From Octopus sinensis (lineage: Eukaryota): a stretch of DNA of 64,000 bases. The notes under the pieces are model-generated. The model saw only the letters and a program-made list of their open reading frames with translations. It was not told the DNA's origin and ran no database searches. Below are positions 25,196 through 37,001 of the stretch, one piece after another. The stretch lies in assembly GCF_006345805.1 (NCBI RefSeq), contig NC_042998.1:47306001-47370000 (forward strand), read 5' to 3'. Numbering within the stretch: position 1 is the stretch's first letter; each line of letters opens with the position of its first letter. A program made the position numbers and the translations under genes.

Positions 25196-25605
25196 ACGCT
25201 GCAAATAACCCGATTTTGAAAATTCAAGGATACGGTATTCGTTTAATCCTCTGACTGTTTAATTTCACTTTGTTATACTTCTCACGATTACACTGACCAT
25301 TGATGAAATACATCCTGTTTGTCACAAATCTGTGGGAAATTACACAGTTATAATATTTTTTACGTAATAATAATTCAGCGCTTCGTTATAAAATAATATA
25401 TACAAATCAAAATGAGCAATATTTCAAACACTTAGTTTTCAGCTGTATTATAAGGAAAACGTTTAAGTCAATAACCTTTCAGATGAATTTTCAAAAGTTT
25501 GTGTAATATTTGTAGTCATGAATCAAATTATACCGTTGACAAGACAAGTATCTTCCTTATTAATAGTAGGGTAGGTGTATTTGTATGTGTGTGGTGTGTG
25601 TGTGT

Positions 25606-25676
<71 letters not shown>

Positions 25677-27274
25677 AATAATAATCTGAAGGAGAAAGTT
25701 GAAGTCACATTTAATCCTCATGTTTAACAAATTTGTCTCTGCTATCAACGTTAAGGTCATTTCTCAATCTATGTCATTATTTTGGACTGAACAACCCAGG
25801 CATTCATCCATCCATTAATCTCCAGCTCCATGCATGCATACATCCATCCATCCATCCAGCCAGCCAGCCAGCCAGCCAGCCAACCAGCCAGCCAGTTAGC
25901 CAACCACCCACCCACTAGACATTCATACAATCATACAAACATAAATTTGTGCCTACGTGGGTGTGTGTATGTGAATTATGCATTCTTAGATTATCGGAGC
26001 ACTTTCGATATTAATATTTTCTCAGAACTTTGCATCAAAAGTATATTACATTCGTTTCGTCTCATCCAGTTCGATTTATGTTGAACGCTGGTTCAACCTA
26101 CATACATACACGCATACATACGTACATACATACATACATCATACATACATACATATATAACACATAGTACATACATACATACATACATACATGCATACAT
26201 ACACATATACACATATGTATAGTTATACGAGTGTGTTTATGTGTATGTGTGTTTATGTGTGGTGTGTGTGTAAGTGTATGCCTGCGTGAGTGTGTCTAAT
26301 AACATTCAAAGCGATTGGTGGTGTTTTGCTTGTTTTATTTGGGAAAAGCAACAAAAAGAATACATTGAAATTATTCAGTTTCTATTCTTCTCACATAGTT
26401 GTTTTCAGAATTCTAATTTAATTCATTCAGAACTTTTTAAAAGCATTTCTGCGGTAAATACCTCATTTTGAAACAAAGAAGAACGCATCGTCTGAAGCGA
26501 AGCCAGTTTCTCTGACTCCTTAATGCAGATGATTTAAAACTGCTGTCTTCCTTTTATTTGGTGCCTCTGATCTTTTCTTTGAAAAAGTATCTGTCCGAAA
26601 CTTTGGATACTCCACTCATTCTGTTACTGACCAGACCCCTCAGTTGAGTCGCAATGATTCGACTTACTTTCAAAAGTCATTGGAGTTACTGTGACCCTAC
26701 TAAAGGACCTAATCAACAACATCTGGCCCCAAATCTGTAACCGGTGTAAACTTCCACCAAAGATTGAACGAAAGTCATTATACGCCACAAGAGTCCTATC
26801 TTTTCCACCTGATCAAGAAACATAAATGAGGACCCTAACTCCTAAACTCGTCATTAAACCAAATATTCTCCTGCATAGAAGGGTCGTTTTACAAAATATG
26901 GTGACTCCTACCTAGATTCCTGAGGCCTTTATTTTCGTTTTTCATCGGACAAGTGAACGTCTCGTACGAAGTAATACTGGGATTACACGGACTCGAACCT
27001 GACACTCTCCGACGCAACATATATAACTTTGGCCAATACGTGGTCTCGATCTACACCGCACTGCACTCTCTTAACGCTGACGTCCTATGACAAAATGCGT
27101 CACCTCATCAGACTCACTGTTTCGGACTCACTACCTCCAACATCCATCAACGATCGTCAGTCATAGTCCTCTATACGCATTTTGATTTCTTCAGCAACAC
27201 ATAATGTCTTCAAGCCTACTTGAAGACGCTTATTCGTTCATTCCATTCTTCATTCTTTCGTTCCACCTGCTTTC

Positions 27275-27502
27275 TTACAAGGAATCTAATGCTTTTAGCT
27301 TAGTTTTACCTTGGGGCTGGCCAGATTGGAGAAATCTCAAGTATAATCAGCCAAATTTACGAGGATAATCTGGTGCTTGACTGAAGAAAGAAAACTTCGA
27401 ATGACCCGTCCTTGTTTTCTTTGTATCGTCTATTTGGATGTTTTGTTGTCCCTTTTTGTATCACCTAGCTGTTCGGATGTTTTGCGTTCTTGTCCCATCT
27501 CG

Positions 27503-27505
<3 letters not shown>
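27275..27505 (+). mobile_element. Repeat family F, copy 2
   Basis: caaggaatctaatgc...ggggctggccagatt...ttcttgtccc, then (TA)n. Confidence 0.75.
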
Positions 27506-27533
<28 letters not shown>

Positions 27534-27754
27534 GCGTCATACGTACACTTTGTTCTCTTATTTGTAAGTATATATATTTAGTTCAGGTCACTGAACTATA
27601 CATACAAACGGTCACTGATCTATACTTGGTCAAAGTACTATATATATACTTTTGTATATGTTTTTGTCTATGTTTAATTGTATGTATGTATGTATGTTAA
27701 GTTTATGAACTTTGAAGTGAATGTCCAGAAAGTTATTTAATCATCATATATATA

Positions 27755-27919
27755 GGCGCAGGAGTGGCTGTGTGGTAAGTAGCTTGCTAACCAACCACAT
27801 GGTTCCGGGTTCAGTCCCACTGCGTGGCATCTTGGGCAAGTGTCTTCTGCTGTAGCCCTGGGCCGACCAATGCCTTGTGAGTGGATTTGGTAGACGGAAA
27901 CTGAAAGAAGCCTGTCGTA

Positions 27920-27974
<55 letters not shown>

Positions 27975-28187
27975 TGTGTGTGTGTCTGTGTTTGTCCGCC
28001 TAGCATTGCTTGACAACCGATGCTGGTGTGTTTTTACGTCCCCGTTACTTAGCGGTTCGGCAAAAGAACCGATAGAATAAGTACTGAGCTTACAGAGAAT
28101 AAATCCCGGGGTCGATTTGCTCGACTAAAGGCGGTGCTCCAGCATGGCCGCAGTCAAATGACTGAAACAAGTAAACGAGTAAAAGAG
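27755..28187 (+). mobile_element. SINE family B, full length (tRNA-like head, internal TA/TG microsatellite, 3' domain)
   Basis: A-box TGGCTGTGTGG and B-box GGTTCAGTCC; 3' end aaggcggtgctccagcatggccgcagtcaaatgactgaaacaagtaa. Confidence 0.88.
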
Positions 28188-28222
<35 letters not shown>

Positions 28223-28429
28223 ATAGTAGAATAATATGAGCAAATTCTTGGTACAATATTATATATATGTTTGAAAGAGTGAGAAGAGATGGCTTTTTGG
28301 GGCGATAATTTTTATGTTAATCTTAATAATAATGTTTACAGTGAGTAACATTATTAAGATTAAAATAAAAGTTATCCCCTAAATCTATCTTTACTCATTC
28401 TTTCAAATTTATATTCTCTCTCTGTTTAT

Positions 28430-28570
28430 TCCTCGTGTTCCTTTCTGCTGAAGAGCGTAGGTTCGAAACGTAAAAGACTTTCTCACCTTCCCGAGCGTCA
28501 AACTAAGACACCTGCTTGTTGTTTATACACCTCTCTTCGTCTTTTGTTTCTCTGTAAATTTCAATTATAT
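28430..28570 (+). mobile_element. Short repeat carrying a hammerhead-like motif (Penelope pLTR/retrozyme-like); relatives at ~13375-13450, ~31165-31310 and ~33530-33690
   Basis: CTTT-CTGCTGA-A-GAGC(GTAG)GTTC-GAAA-CGT-A-AAAG, followed by a shared c(c/t)gagc(g/a)t motif. Three of the four copies run into a microsatellite. Confidence 0.6.
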
Positions 28571-29611
28571 ATGTAGTATGTATGTATGTATGTATGTATG
28601 TATGTATGAATGTATGTATGTATGTACGTATGTATATATGTATGTATGTGTGTATATATGCATGTATGTATATAATTATGAATATGTAACTTTAAGTAGT
28701 CTTTTACATGATGAGTTGCATCTTCGTACACACATAGTTCAAAAGCAGAGAGAAAAAAGAAATTCACTTTGTTCAGGTCACTGAACTATAAATACGCACG
28801 GTCACTGTTCTATACTTGGTCAAGGTAGTATATATATACTTCTGTATATGTTTTTATCTATATTTAATTGTATGTATGTTAAGTTTATGAACTTTGAAGT
28901 GAATGTCCAGAAAGTTACTTAATCATCGTGTGCCCTATGTTCTCAATAACGGTGCCAGTCAGTCTGGAACGGAACGACGGAGAGGAAAATGTCTCTTTTC
29001 CGTTAGATATTTCTTAGACATTTCTCATTCAAACACCACAAGTGAATGGATGGCGCCGTCTTAACTTCCAGCACTTATATACTTAGGATCAAGTCTAAGG
29101 AGTATCCAGTACATTTCCGCTCCTTCGTAGATAATATAATGTACCGAATGAAATATGGAAATTTACTAGAATGATTTACTATGAATTATTAGTCAACGGC
29201 CGTAGTGCTATAACAATTTCATTGTTCAATAGCGCTCCTATAAATAGTACTACTTAACTGTAAACTATCATCTGATAAGACATTAAATTTCGAAGATTAT
29301 TTTCTTATATAAATTTTTATACCTATATCTATGTTCCTCTGTGTATGTGTATGTACGTTGGTGAGTATGTATGTATGGGTATGTGAGAGTGTGTGAACAC
29401 GCGCTTAAGTATGCCAGCGAGTGCGGTTTTGCAACTGAAACGATGACTAAGGGGCACGCGCGGGCGTACACGCGGGCGCACGCACACAAACATACACACA
29501 CACACACACACATTCATATGCACACACAAATATACACACATGTGCACGCATAAACACGCAAAAATATGTACATATATGTATATTATGTATGTATATATAT
29601 ATAATATATAT

Positions 29612-29648
<37 letters not shown>

Positions 29649-29932
29649 ATATATACATATATATATACATATATATATACACATATATATATTACATAAA
29701 TATATACACATATATATATATGTATACACACACACACACACATAAGAACGATACCATTCCTAAAAATAATGTTTTGGTCGTGAGTGTAAAAGCCGTATAG
29801 GCAAAATTAATAATTATATATGATATATTAATATATTTATATATATTAGGGTACTACTAATCACCTGCTTATTTTATATATATATATATATATATTGTAT
29901 ATATAAATGTATATATATATATATATTAATAT

Positions 29933-29978
<46 letters not shown>

Positions 29979-30004
29979 AGGATTAATATAAAATATAAAT
30001 TACA

Positions 30005-30240
30005 AAGTGGGACAAGAACGCAAAAGCACACAAGGAGACGACACAAAAAACCGACGGGTCACTCGAAGCCTCTAATCTTCAGTCGGGAACCGGATCATCT
30101 TAGTAATTTCGGCTGTTTAATCTCGATATCACTCCGATCCGGCCAGCCCCAAGGAAAATCCAAGCCACAGGCATTGGATTTCTTGGAAAGAGGGTCGAAT
30201 GTATACGGAACAAAGACAGGATGCCACACGAATATAAATA
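30005..30240 (-). mobile_element. Repeat family F, copy 3 (diverged subfamily)
   Basis: Reverse complement reads ccaagaaatccaatgcc...ggggctggccggatc...gcgttcttgtccc, then TA-rich sequence. Confidence 0.72.
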
Positions 30241-30306
30241 CAAGAAACAAAAATAGAAATAAAAAACAGAAATAAAAAACACGAAGGTGGACAGTACACA
30301 TATATA

Positions 30307-30347
<41 letters not shown>

Positions 30348-30585
30348 GTTTAAATGCATGTATATTGTTTACATAAATGTCGCTTTAATCGGAGTGTATA
30401 TATCATTATTATGATATATTATTATATGGTTATTATTGTATAAAAAAGATTTACGTAGTCGCCTTTCCTCCGTAACTTGTGTAATACATCACATATGCGT
30501 ACATGTGTGTGTGTGTATGTGTGAGTCTGAGCGTGATTGTAAGCATATAGATATATAAAAATATACATGCATATGTATATATGCT

Positions 30586-30677
30586 GGCGCAGGTGTGACT
30601 GTGTTGTAAGAAGCTTGCTACCCAACCACATACTTCTGGGTTCAGTCCCATTGTATGGTACCTTGAGCAAGTGATTT
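30586..30677 (+). mobile_element. SINE family B head
   Basis: ggcgcaggtgtgactgtgttgtaagaagcttgctacccaaccac...gggttcagtccc. Confidence 0.8.
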
Positions 30678-30904
30678 CACACACATACACACACAAACAC
30701 ACACACATATATATATGTATGTGTGTGTGATGTGTGTGTGTGTGAGAGAGAGTTTGTTCTATGAATGGATGTGTACTGTGTATATGATATGCACGTATAT
30801 GTTAATATACATACATATGTATATATACACACACATAGATAAAGAGAGAGAGATAGTTATATAAGGAAACAGAGACATAAATACATGCATATTCTTTTCT
30901 TCCT

Positions 30905-31095
30905 TCTTTTATTCTTTTGTTTCAGTCATCCTGGAGCACCGCTTTTAGTCGAAAAAAAAACCGACCCTAGCACTTATTCTTTGTAAGCCTAGTACCAATT
31001 CTTTCTATCACTCACTTTTTGCTGAACCGCTACGGGGAGGTAAACACACTAACATCGGTTGAGAAGCAATGTTTGGGGGACAAACACGAACAAAC
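30905..31095 (-). mobile_element. SINE family B 3' domain
   Basis: gtttcagtcat...ggagcaccgc...gctgaaccgcta...gacaaacac. Confidence 0.7.
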
Positions 31096-31307
31096 AAATG
31101 CATGTGACCGCGTGTGTATCGTTGGGGATTTTTCCCCCGTCTTCCCTTCCTTGGATCTTTCCTTTTTCTATGCTTCTGACGAAGAGCTCCGCCCGAAAAG
31201 TTAAATCCTCCTTTCTTTCCTTTCCTGAGCGTCCAATAACACTATACTTGTTCCACGTTCTCGCGTTGTTGTCTTTTCTCTTTGTGTTTTCGTGTTTGGA
31301 TTAACTT

Positions 31308-31377
<70 letters not shown>

Positions 31378-31705
31378 ATTATAATAAAGGGTTAATTGCA
31401 ACAAGTTGCTCAAAACCACATACCGAAAATATTAGAAATAGCAGCCAAATAGGTCACCATTACTACTACTAGAAAAATAAGTCTCCACAAACAAACAGAA
31501 TTTCTAACCCGTATGTGGTAAAGAGAAAGAAGATAACGAAATCCCAGCCTACTTGGATTAATTATGGACGAATTCGTTTCTGGATTAGAATCGAAAGTTC
31601 ATTTTCTTATCAACATAATATTCCCATAAATATATATATATATATATATATATGATATATATATATATATATACACATATATACATACATACATACATAC
31701 ATACA

Positions 31706-31742
<37 letters not shown>

Positions 31743-31745
31743 ATT

Positions 31746-31908
31746 CGACGGGGTTCTTTCAGTTTCCGTCTACCAAATCCACTCACAAGATAGTGGTCGG
31801 CCCGAGGCTATAGTAGAAAACATCCACAAGGTGCCATGCAGTGAGACTGAACCCAGAAGCATTTGGTTGGGTAGCAAGCGTCTAACCACACAGTCACACT
31901 ACGCCTGC
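31746..31908 (-). mobile_element. SINE family B head and core
   Basis: gacggggttctttcagtttccgtctacc...accacacagtcacactacgcctgc. Confidence 0.82.
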
Positions 31909-32689
31909 ATATATAAATATATACATATGCATGCATATTTTTATACATCTATATGCTTACAATCACACAGAGACTTACACATACACATACACACACATGA
32001 ACACATGTGTGATGTATTACACAAGTGCGCTAAATACCTCTGATCGCTTTCGTTCTTATCTTTAGCACTCATAGCCCAATCAAGGCCACCCAACATCCAT
32101 ATATTGACACATTCTGTTTCTAAAACGTTTGGCGCTATAAGTCTACTTACAAAGCAGAATACAACCTGTTATTCGCTAAAAACTTGTTGCAGTAAATGTT
32201 GCTCGCTGATAATTTAGTCTAGGCAGCTAAATGAGAAGTATTAATGAATTATAACGTTTTTTTTTTTTTACACTTTCAAACCCATAATCGTAATATCTTG
32301 AGGTAAGTAGTTGAGGCAAAGGAGAGTCCACAAAAACCAGAAAATTACATAAATGTTTATGAAGTGGACGGTTAATCACAAACTGATATATGTCTTTGTA
32401 AAACTACCATCTGCACAGCGAAGGGTGTTATTATGAATCGGATAGCTCATAAGTTCTCTCGTCACACATATTGTAGCCGTTCTCTTGGGTCCCTGGCTAA
32501 TTTTGATAATCTCTCTATAACTAACACTTTTCGCTTACTTACCTACTTGGCCTCAAGTCAATGCGCGCATACAACAAAACTGCTTCAAATTTTTCGTTTT
32601 AATCTCTTTACTACAAATGCGAAAACATTCCCAAGTCAACAAGAGTGCCGCAACGTGTTTATTCGAGCTGCAAAAAAAAAATCTTTTAT

Positions 32690-33076
32690 TCTTTTATTTG
32701 TTTCAGTAATTTGACTGCGGCCATGCTGGAGCACTGCCTTTAGTCGCACAAATCGACCCCAGAAGTTATTCTTTGGAAGCCTAGTACTTATTCTATCGGT
32801 CAATTTTGCCTAAAAGCTAAATGACGGTGACGTAAAAAACAAAAACAACGGTTGTGAAGCGATGGTGGAGGGATAAACGCAGACACACAAGCACACACAC
32901 ATATACACACATATCTACAACGGGCTTCTTTCAGTTTCCGTCTACCAAATCCACTCACAAGGCTTTGGTCTACCTGAGGCTATAGTAGAAGACACTTGCC
33001 CAAGGTTCCATGCAGTGGGACTGATCCCATAACCATGTGGTTGGTAAACAAGCTACTTACAACACAGCCGCTCCTG
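32690..33076 (-). mobile_element. SINE family B, full length
   Basis: Reverse complement of the 27755 element, including head and 3' domain. Confidence 0.85.
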
Positions 33077-33708
33077 GCAACTAAAACTTTTTAATATCTC
33101 AACCTACAGCATAAAGAGAAAATAAAAGCTTCCCCAGAGCATCGACACTCAAAATTTCTTTCTTCCCGTGCTTCTCTGCAAATATCGAAACACAAATGTC
33201 AAAACATAATGTCAACTGTATGAATCTGTAAATCTCACTAGTCCCTGATACAATGTGCACAATCCCTTCACTAACCAAATATCATATATGCGTACAGACG
33301 CACACACAGACACAGACACACAAACACACATATATATGTATTAACATACATATGTATGTGTATATATATATATACATATATGTGTATATACATACATACA
33401 TACATATATATATATATAATACATACGCACGCACACACACACACACACACACACATATGTTGCACCGCTAAACTCTACACTGTTTTTTCTCTCGTATTTT
33501 TTCCTCATTCTTTCTCCATTTTTTCCTTCTTGTTCCTTTTTGTCGAAGAGTCTAGGCTCAAATCGTATGAGACGTTCCATTTTTTCCTGAGCGTTAAACT
33601 AATACACCTACTTGTTGTTCCTACGCCTGCACACCTACTTGTTGTTCCTACGCCTGCCTTCTTCAGTTGTTCTTCTGTAAAGTTGAACTACATATATATA
33701 TATATATA

Positions 33709-33843
33709 TATATACAAAATTTAAAGGACTGACCACTAAAAGTGGACAGTCTATATGCTAGATATAGACGTCAAATTGCCATTTATATATATCTGGCATA
33801 TAGACTGTCCACTTCTAGTGGTCAGTCCTCTAAATTTTGTATG
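33709..33843. repeat. ~135-bp fold-back with ~56-bp arms
   Basis: atacaaaatttaaaggactgaccactaaaagtggacagtctatatgctagatata versus the reverse complement of 33787-33842; 3 differences. Confidence 0.9.
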
Positions 33844-33948
33844 TAAAAAAATTTTTGATCTTCGGATTTTTTAAAAATATGCTAGGCCACTGGTTTTAAT
33901 TGATTAATATCAATTTCTACCCTTATTCAATATATATATATATATACA

Positions 33949-33980
<32 letters not shown>

Positions 33981-34020
33981 GTGTATACATATACATATAT
34001 GTATATATATACATATATAT

Positions 34021-34076
<56 letters not shown>

Positions 34077-34287
34077 ATGTATATATGCATGTATATGTAT
34101 GTATGTATATGTATGTATGTATATGGGAAAAATAAGTCCAAAAGAGTACACAATTCGAACTTTTTGAGCGGTCTAAAAAGAGAGAAAGAATGATTTCTAA
34201 TAAAGAATCATCGTATTCATAAAATAACAGCCAGAGCAAGTAATAAGAATATGAAAATAGTAGTTGAAATATATCGTTATAGGTATA

Positions 34288-34343
<56 letters not shown>

Positions 34344-34449
34344 TAAACAATTATAGAAAAATGGAGGAGAAAAGATGTTGATTCAATCTTTTCCTCCTCT
34401 ACTTTTGTATAATTGTTCATGGTATATTTATATCTATAACGATATTTTT

Positions 34450-34450
34450 C

Positions 34451-34513
<63 letters not shown>

Positions 34514-34632
34514 TGTATGTATGTATGTATGTATGTATGTATGTACGTACGTATGTATGTATGTGTGTTTGTGTGTATGTATGTATGTATGTATGTATGT
34601 ATGTATGTATGTATGTATGTATGTATGTATAG
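34450..34632. repeat. (TA)n/(TATG)n compound microsatellite
   Basis: Seen directly. Similar (CATA)n/(TATG)n arrays at ~6443-6600, 26100-26200, 28575-28670 and 31680-31735. Confidence 0.95.
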
Positions 34633-34888
34633 AGTGTTAGGTGTGATGTATAGTAATTGAATATTGAGAAAAAATATTTCGAAAAAAATTCTATTTATTT
34701 TTTCATTTTGGCACTTTCATTCTTTTCTCGAACTTGTCAAATAAAATTTTCTGAATGTGCAAACAGCTTGTTCATTTATATAAAACATGTTTTGAAGAGT
34801 ACACTGTTTTAATTTTTTTTTTTTTTGTGGGGTGAGGTTCCATGACAATGGAGATGGATAGATAAAAATATAGGCAGGTAGATAGGCT

Positions 34889-34968
<80 letters not shown>

Positions 34969-35105
34969 TGTTTCTTTATTGGCCACAGAGGGCTGAACAC
35001 AGAGGGGGAAAAATATAAAGTTGAGATTTGGGGGGGGAGAAGAAAAAAAACGTAGCGGTAGAAATTCGATCAAAAGGGATGAAAAAAGGGCCGATCAATA
35101 GGGTC

Positions 35106-35162
<57 letters not shown>

Positions 35163-35581
35163 GAGATATGTAGAGTGAGAGAGGGAAGGGGTATCCATCT
35201 TCCTATTTACCATTTATTTATTTATTTAGTCCTTTACCATTGTATTAGAATAGGTTTAAGGATGGTGACCTCTTCAAAGAAAAAAAAACAGGTGCAGCTT
35301 GGTCATCATTGAAGTCATTTTGCTTTCTTTTTCTCTTCCCCTTTCCCCCTTACCTTCTTTTCCCCCTCTTTCTTTCTTTTTCTCCTCTTTGAGTTAGATT
35401 TAGAATACAAAATATACTGTCTCCCCTTCCAAACATTCAATTTTGGAGGGAACTTTTTTCATGAAATGTAGTTCTGCATGAAAAAACATTAGCAAAATAT
35501 TTGCTAATTAACAATTTAAAACATAAATAAATAAATAAATAAAATGAAAAAAAATGGTAAAGGTCTAAATAAGTGAATAGC

Positions 35582-35705
35582 GGGCTACTTTCAGTTTCTG
35601 TCTACAAAATCGACTCACAGGACTTTGGTCGGCCCTAAATTTCCACACAGTCGGACTGATCCCTTGAGCCATGTGGTTGGGAGCCAAGTTTCCTACCACA
35701 CAGCA
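35582..35705 (-). mobile_element. SINE family B, degenerate (another degenerate + copy at ~37390-37500)
   Basis: gggctactttcagtttctgtctac...ccatgtggttgggagcc. Confidence 0.6.
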
Positions 35706-36562
35706 CTCGCACACACATTCACTGATAAGCACACACAAACAGAAGCATCAACTAACAACTGTTATTGGGATTTGTGTAATGCCTTCCACATTTGTTCATT
35801 TAGCTTGAGATGACATTATAGTATGACCTGTGTCTCAACACCAAAAAATGTATTATAGATTCTTAAATGACTTTTCATCAAAAGCGTGGTCGTGAAAATA
35901 CAGGCCATTACAATCTATCGATGTCAGTGACATATCTCAGTCAGGATGTGGGACGATCGCAGCAGGAAGTCAAGTATCCTAGATGATTTTTGGAGTTTAT
36001 TTGCTTTAAAAAGAGTACTAATTCACTGCATCTGTACACTGTATTATGGGTCTAATCGTAGCCGCTCTGTTTTCGTTCTACCATACAGAAATAGCAACTA
36101 AATTTTTCTTAAATCACAACTTGTCTCTTAAAAAAATATAGACAGGCATGATCCTGTACTTAAGAAACTCGGGATCTTTTCAATTCTGAAGCCAGTTTTT
36201 TCAAATTTTTCCTACTGAACCAAACAATTTGAAACTTCGTATACTGGTAGAATGTGTCAAAAGTAAACTTAATTGTAAACCAGAATGAAAACGGAATTGT
36301 AACTTCTAAGTTTAACGTTGTTTAATAATTATAATTTTAACCAATGATATTCCGTCATTCGGCTTTATTTTATTTACTCCGTCTCGACCACCAATTTGGT
36401 GACGTATTAAACATCTTAAATGTAAACAAAGCGCTTTCGTTTGCTATTAAGAAGTGGCATCTCGGTGACGAGGCTTCTAACAAGATTTCGTTTCTAAGCT
36501 AATGCGTTTCATTTCACTTATTGTATTTATTTGTGCAAAAGGCAAGAAATTTAATATTAAAA

Positions 36563-36673
36563 AAGCAAAGAGCTGGCAGAAACGTTAGCACGCCGGGCGA
36601 AATGCGTAGCCGTATTTCGTCTGCCGTTACGTTCTGAGTTCAAATTCCGCCGAGGTCGATTTTGCCTTTCATC
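36563..36673 (+). mobile_element. SINE family A, 5' part, cut by (CA)n
   Basis: gagctggcagaaacgttagcacgccgggcgaaatgcg...gcctttcatc. Confidence 0.85.
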
Positions 36674-36763
36674 ACACACACACACACACACACACACCAC
36701 ACGCGCGCGCATACAGACACACACACACACACACGCACGCATATATATAATTATACATACATT

Positions 36764-36815
<52 letters not shown>

Positions 36816-36936
36816 GTGTATATATATATATATATCATCAGTTTAATTATATAAGGCTCACACATTTTAGATATTTAATACATCCGCACGAATATGTGTG
36901 TTTATTTATTTCATAAATATTTACATACATATATAC

Positions 36937-37001
<65 letters not shown>

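Noticed and set aside
27100-27125. Minus-strand GAAAC...CTGATGAG
   Set aside because: Only 8 nt lie between GAAA and the core, too few for stems III and I.
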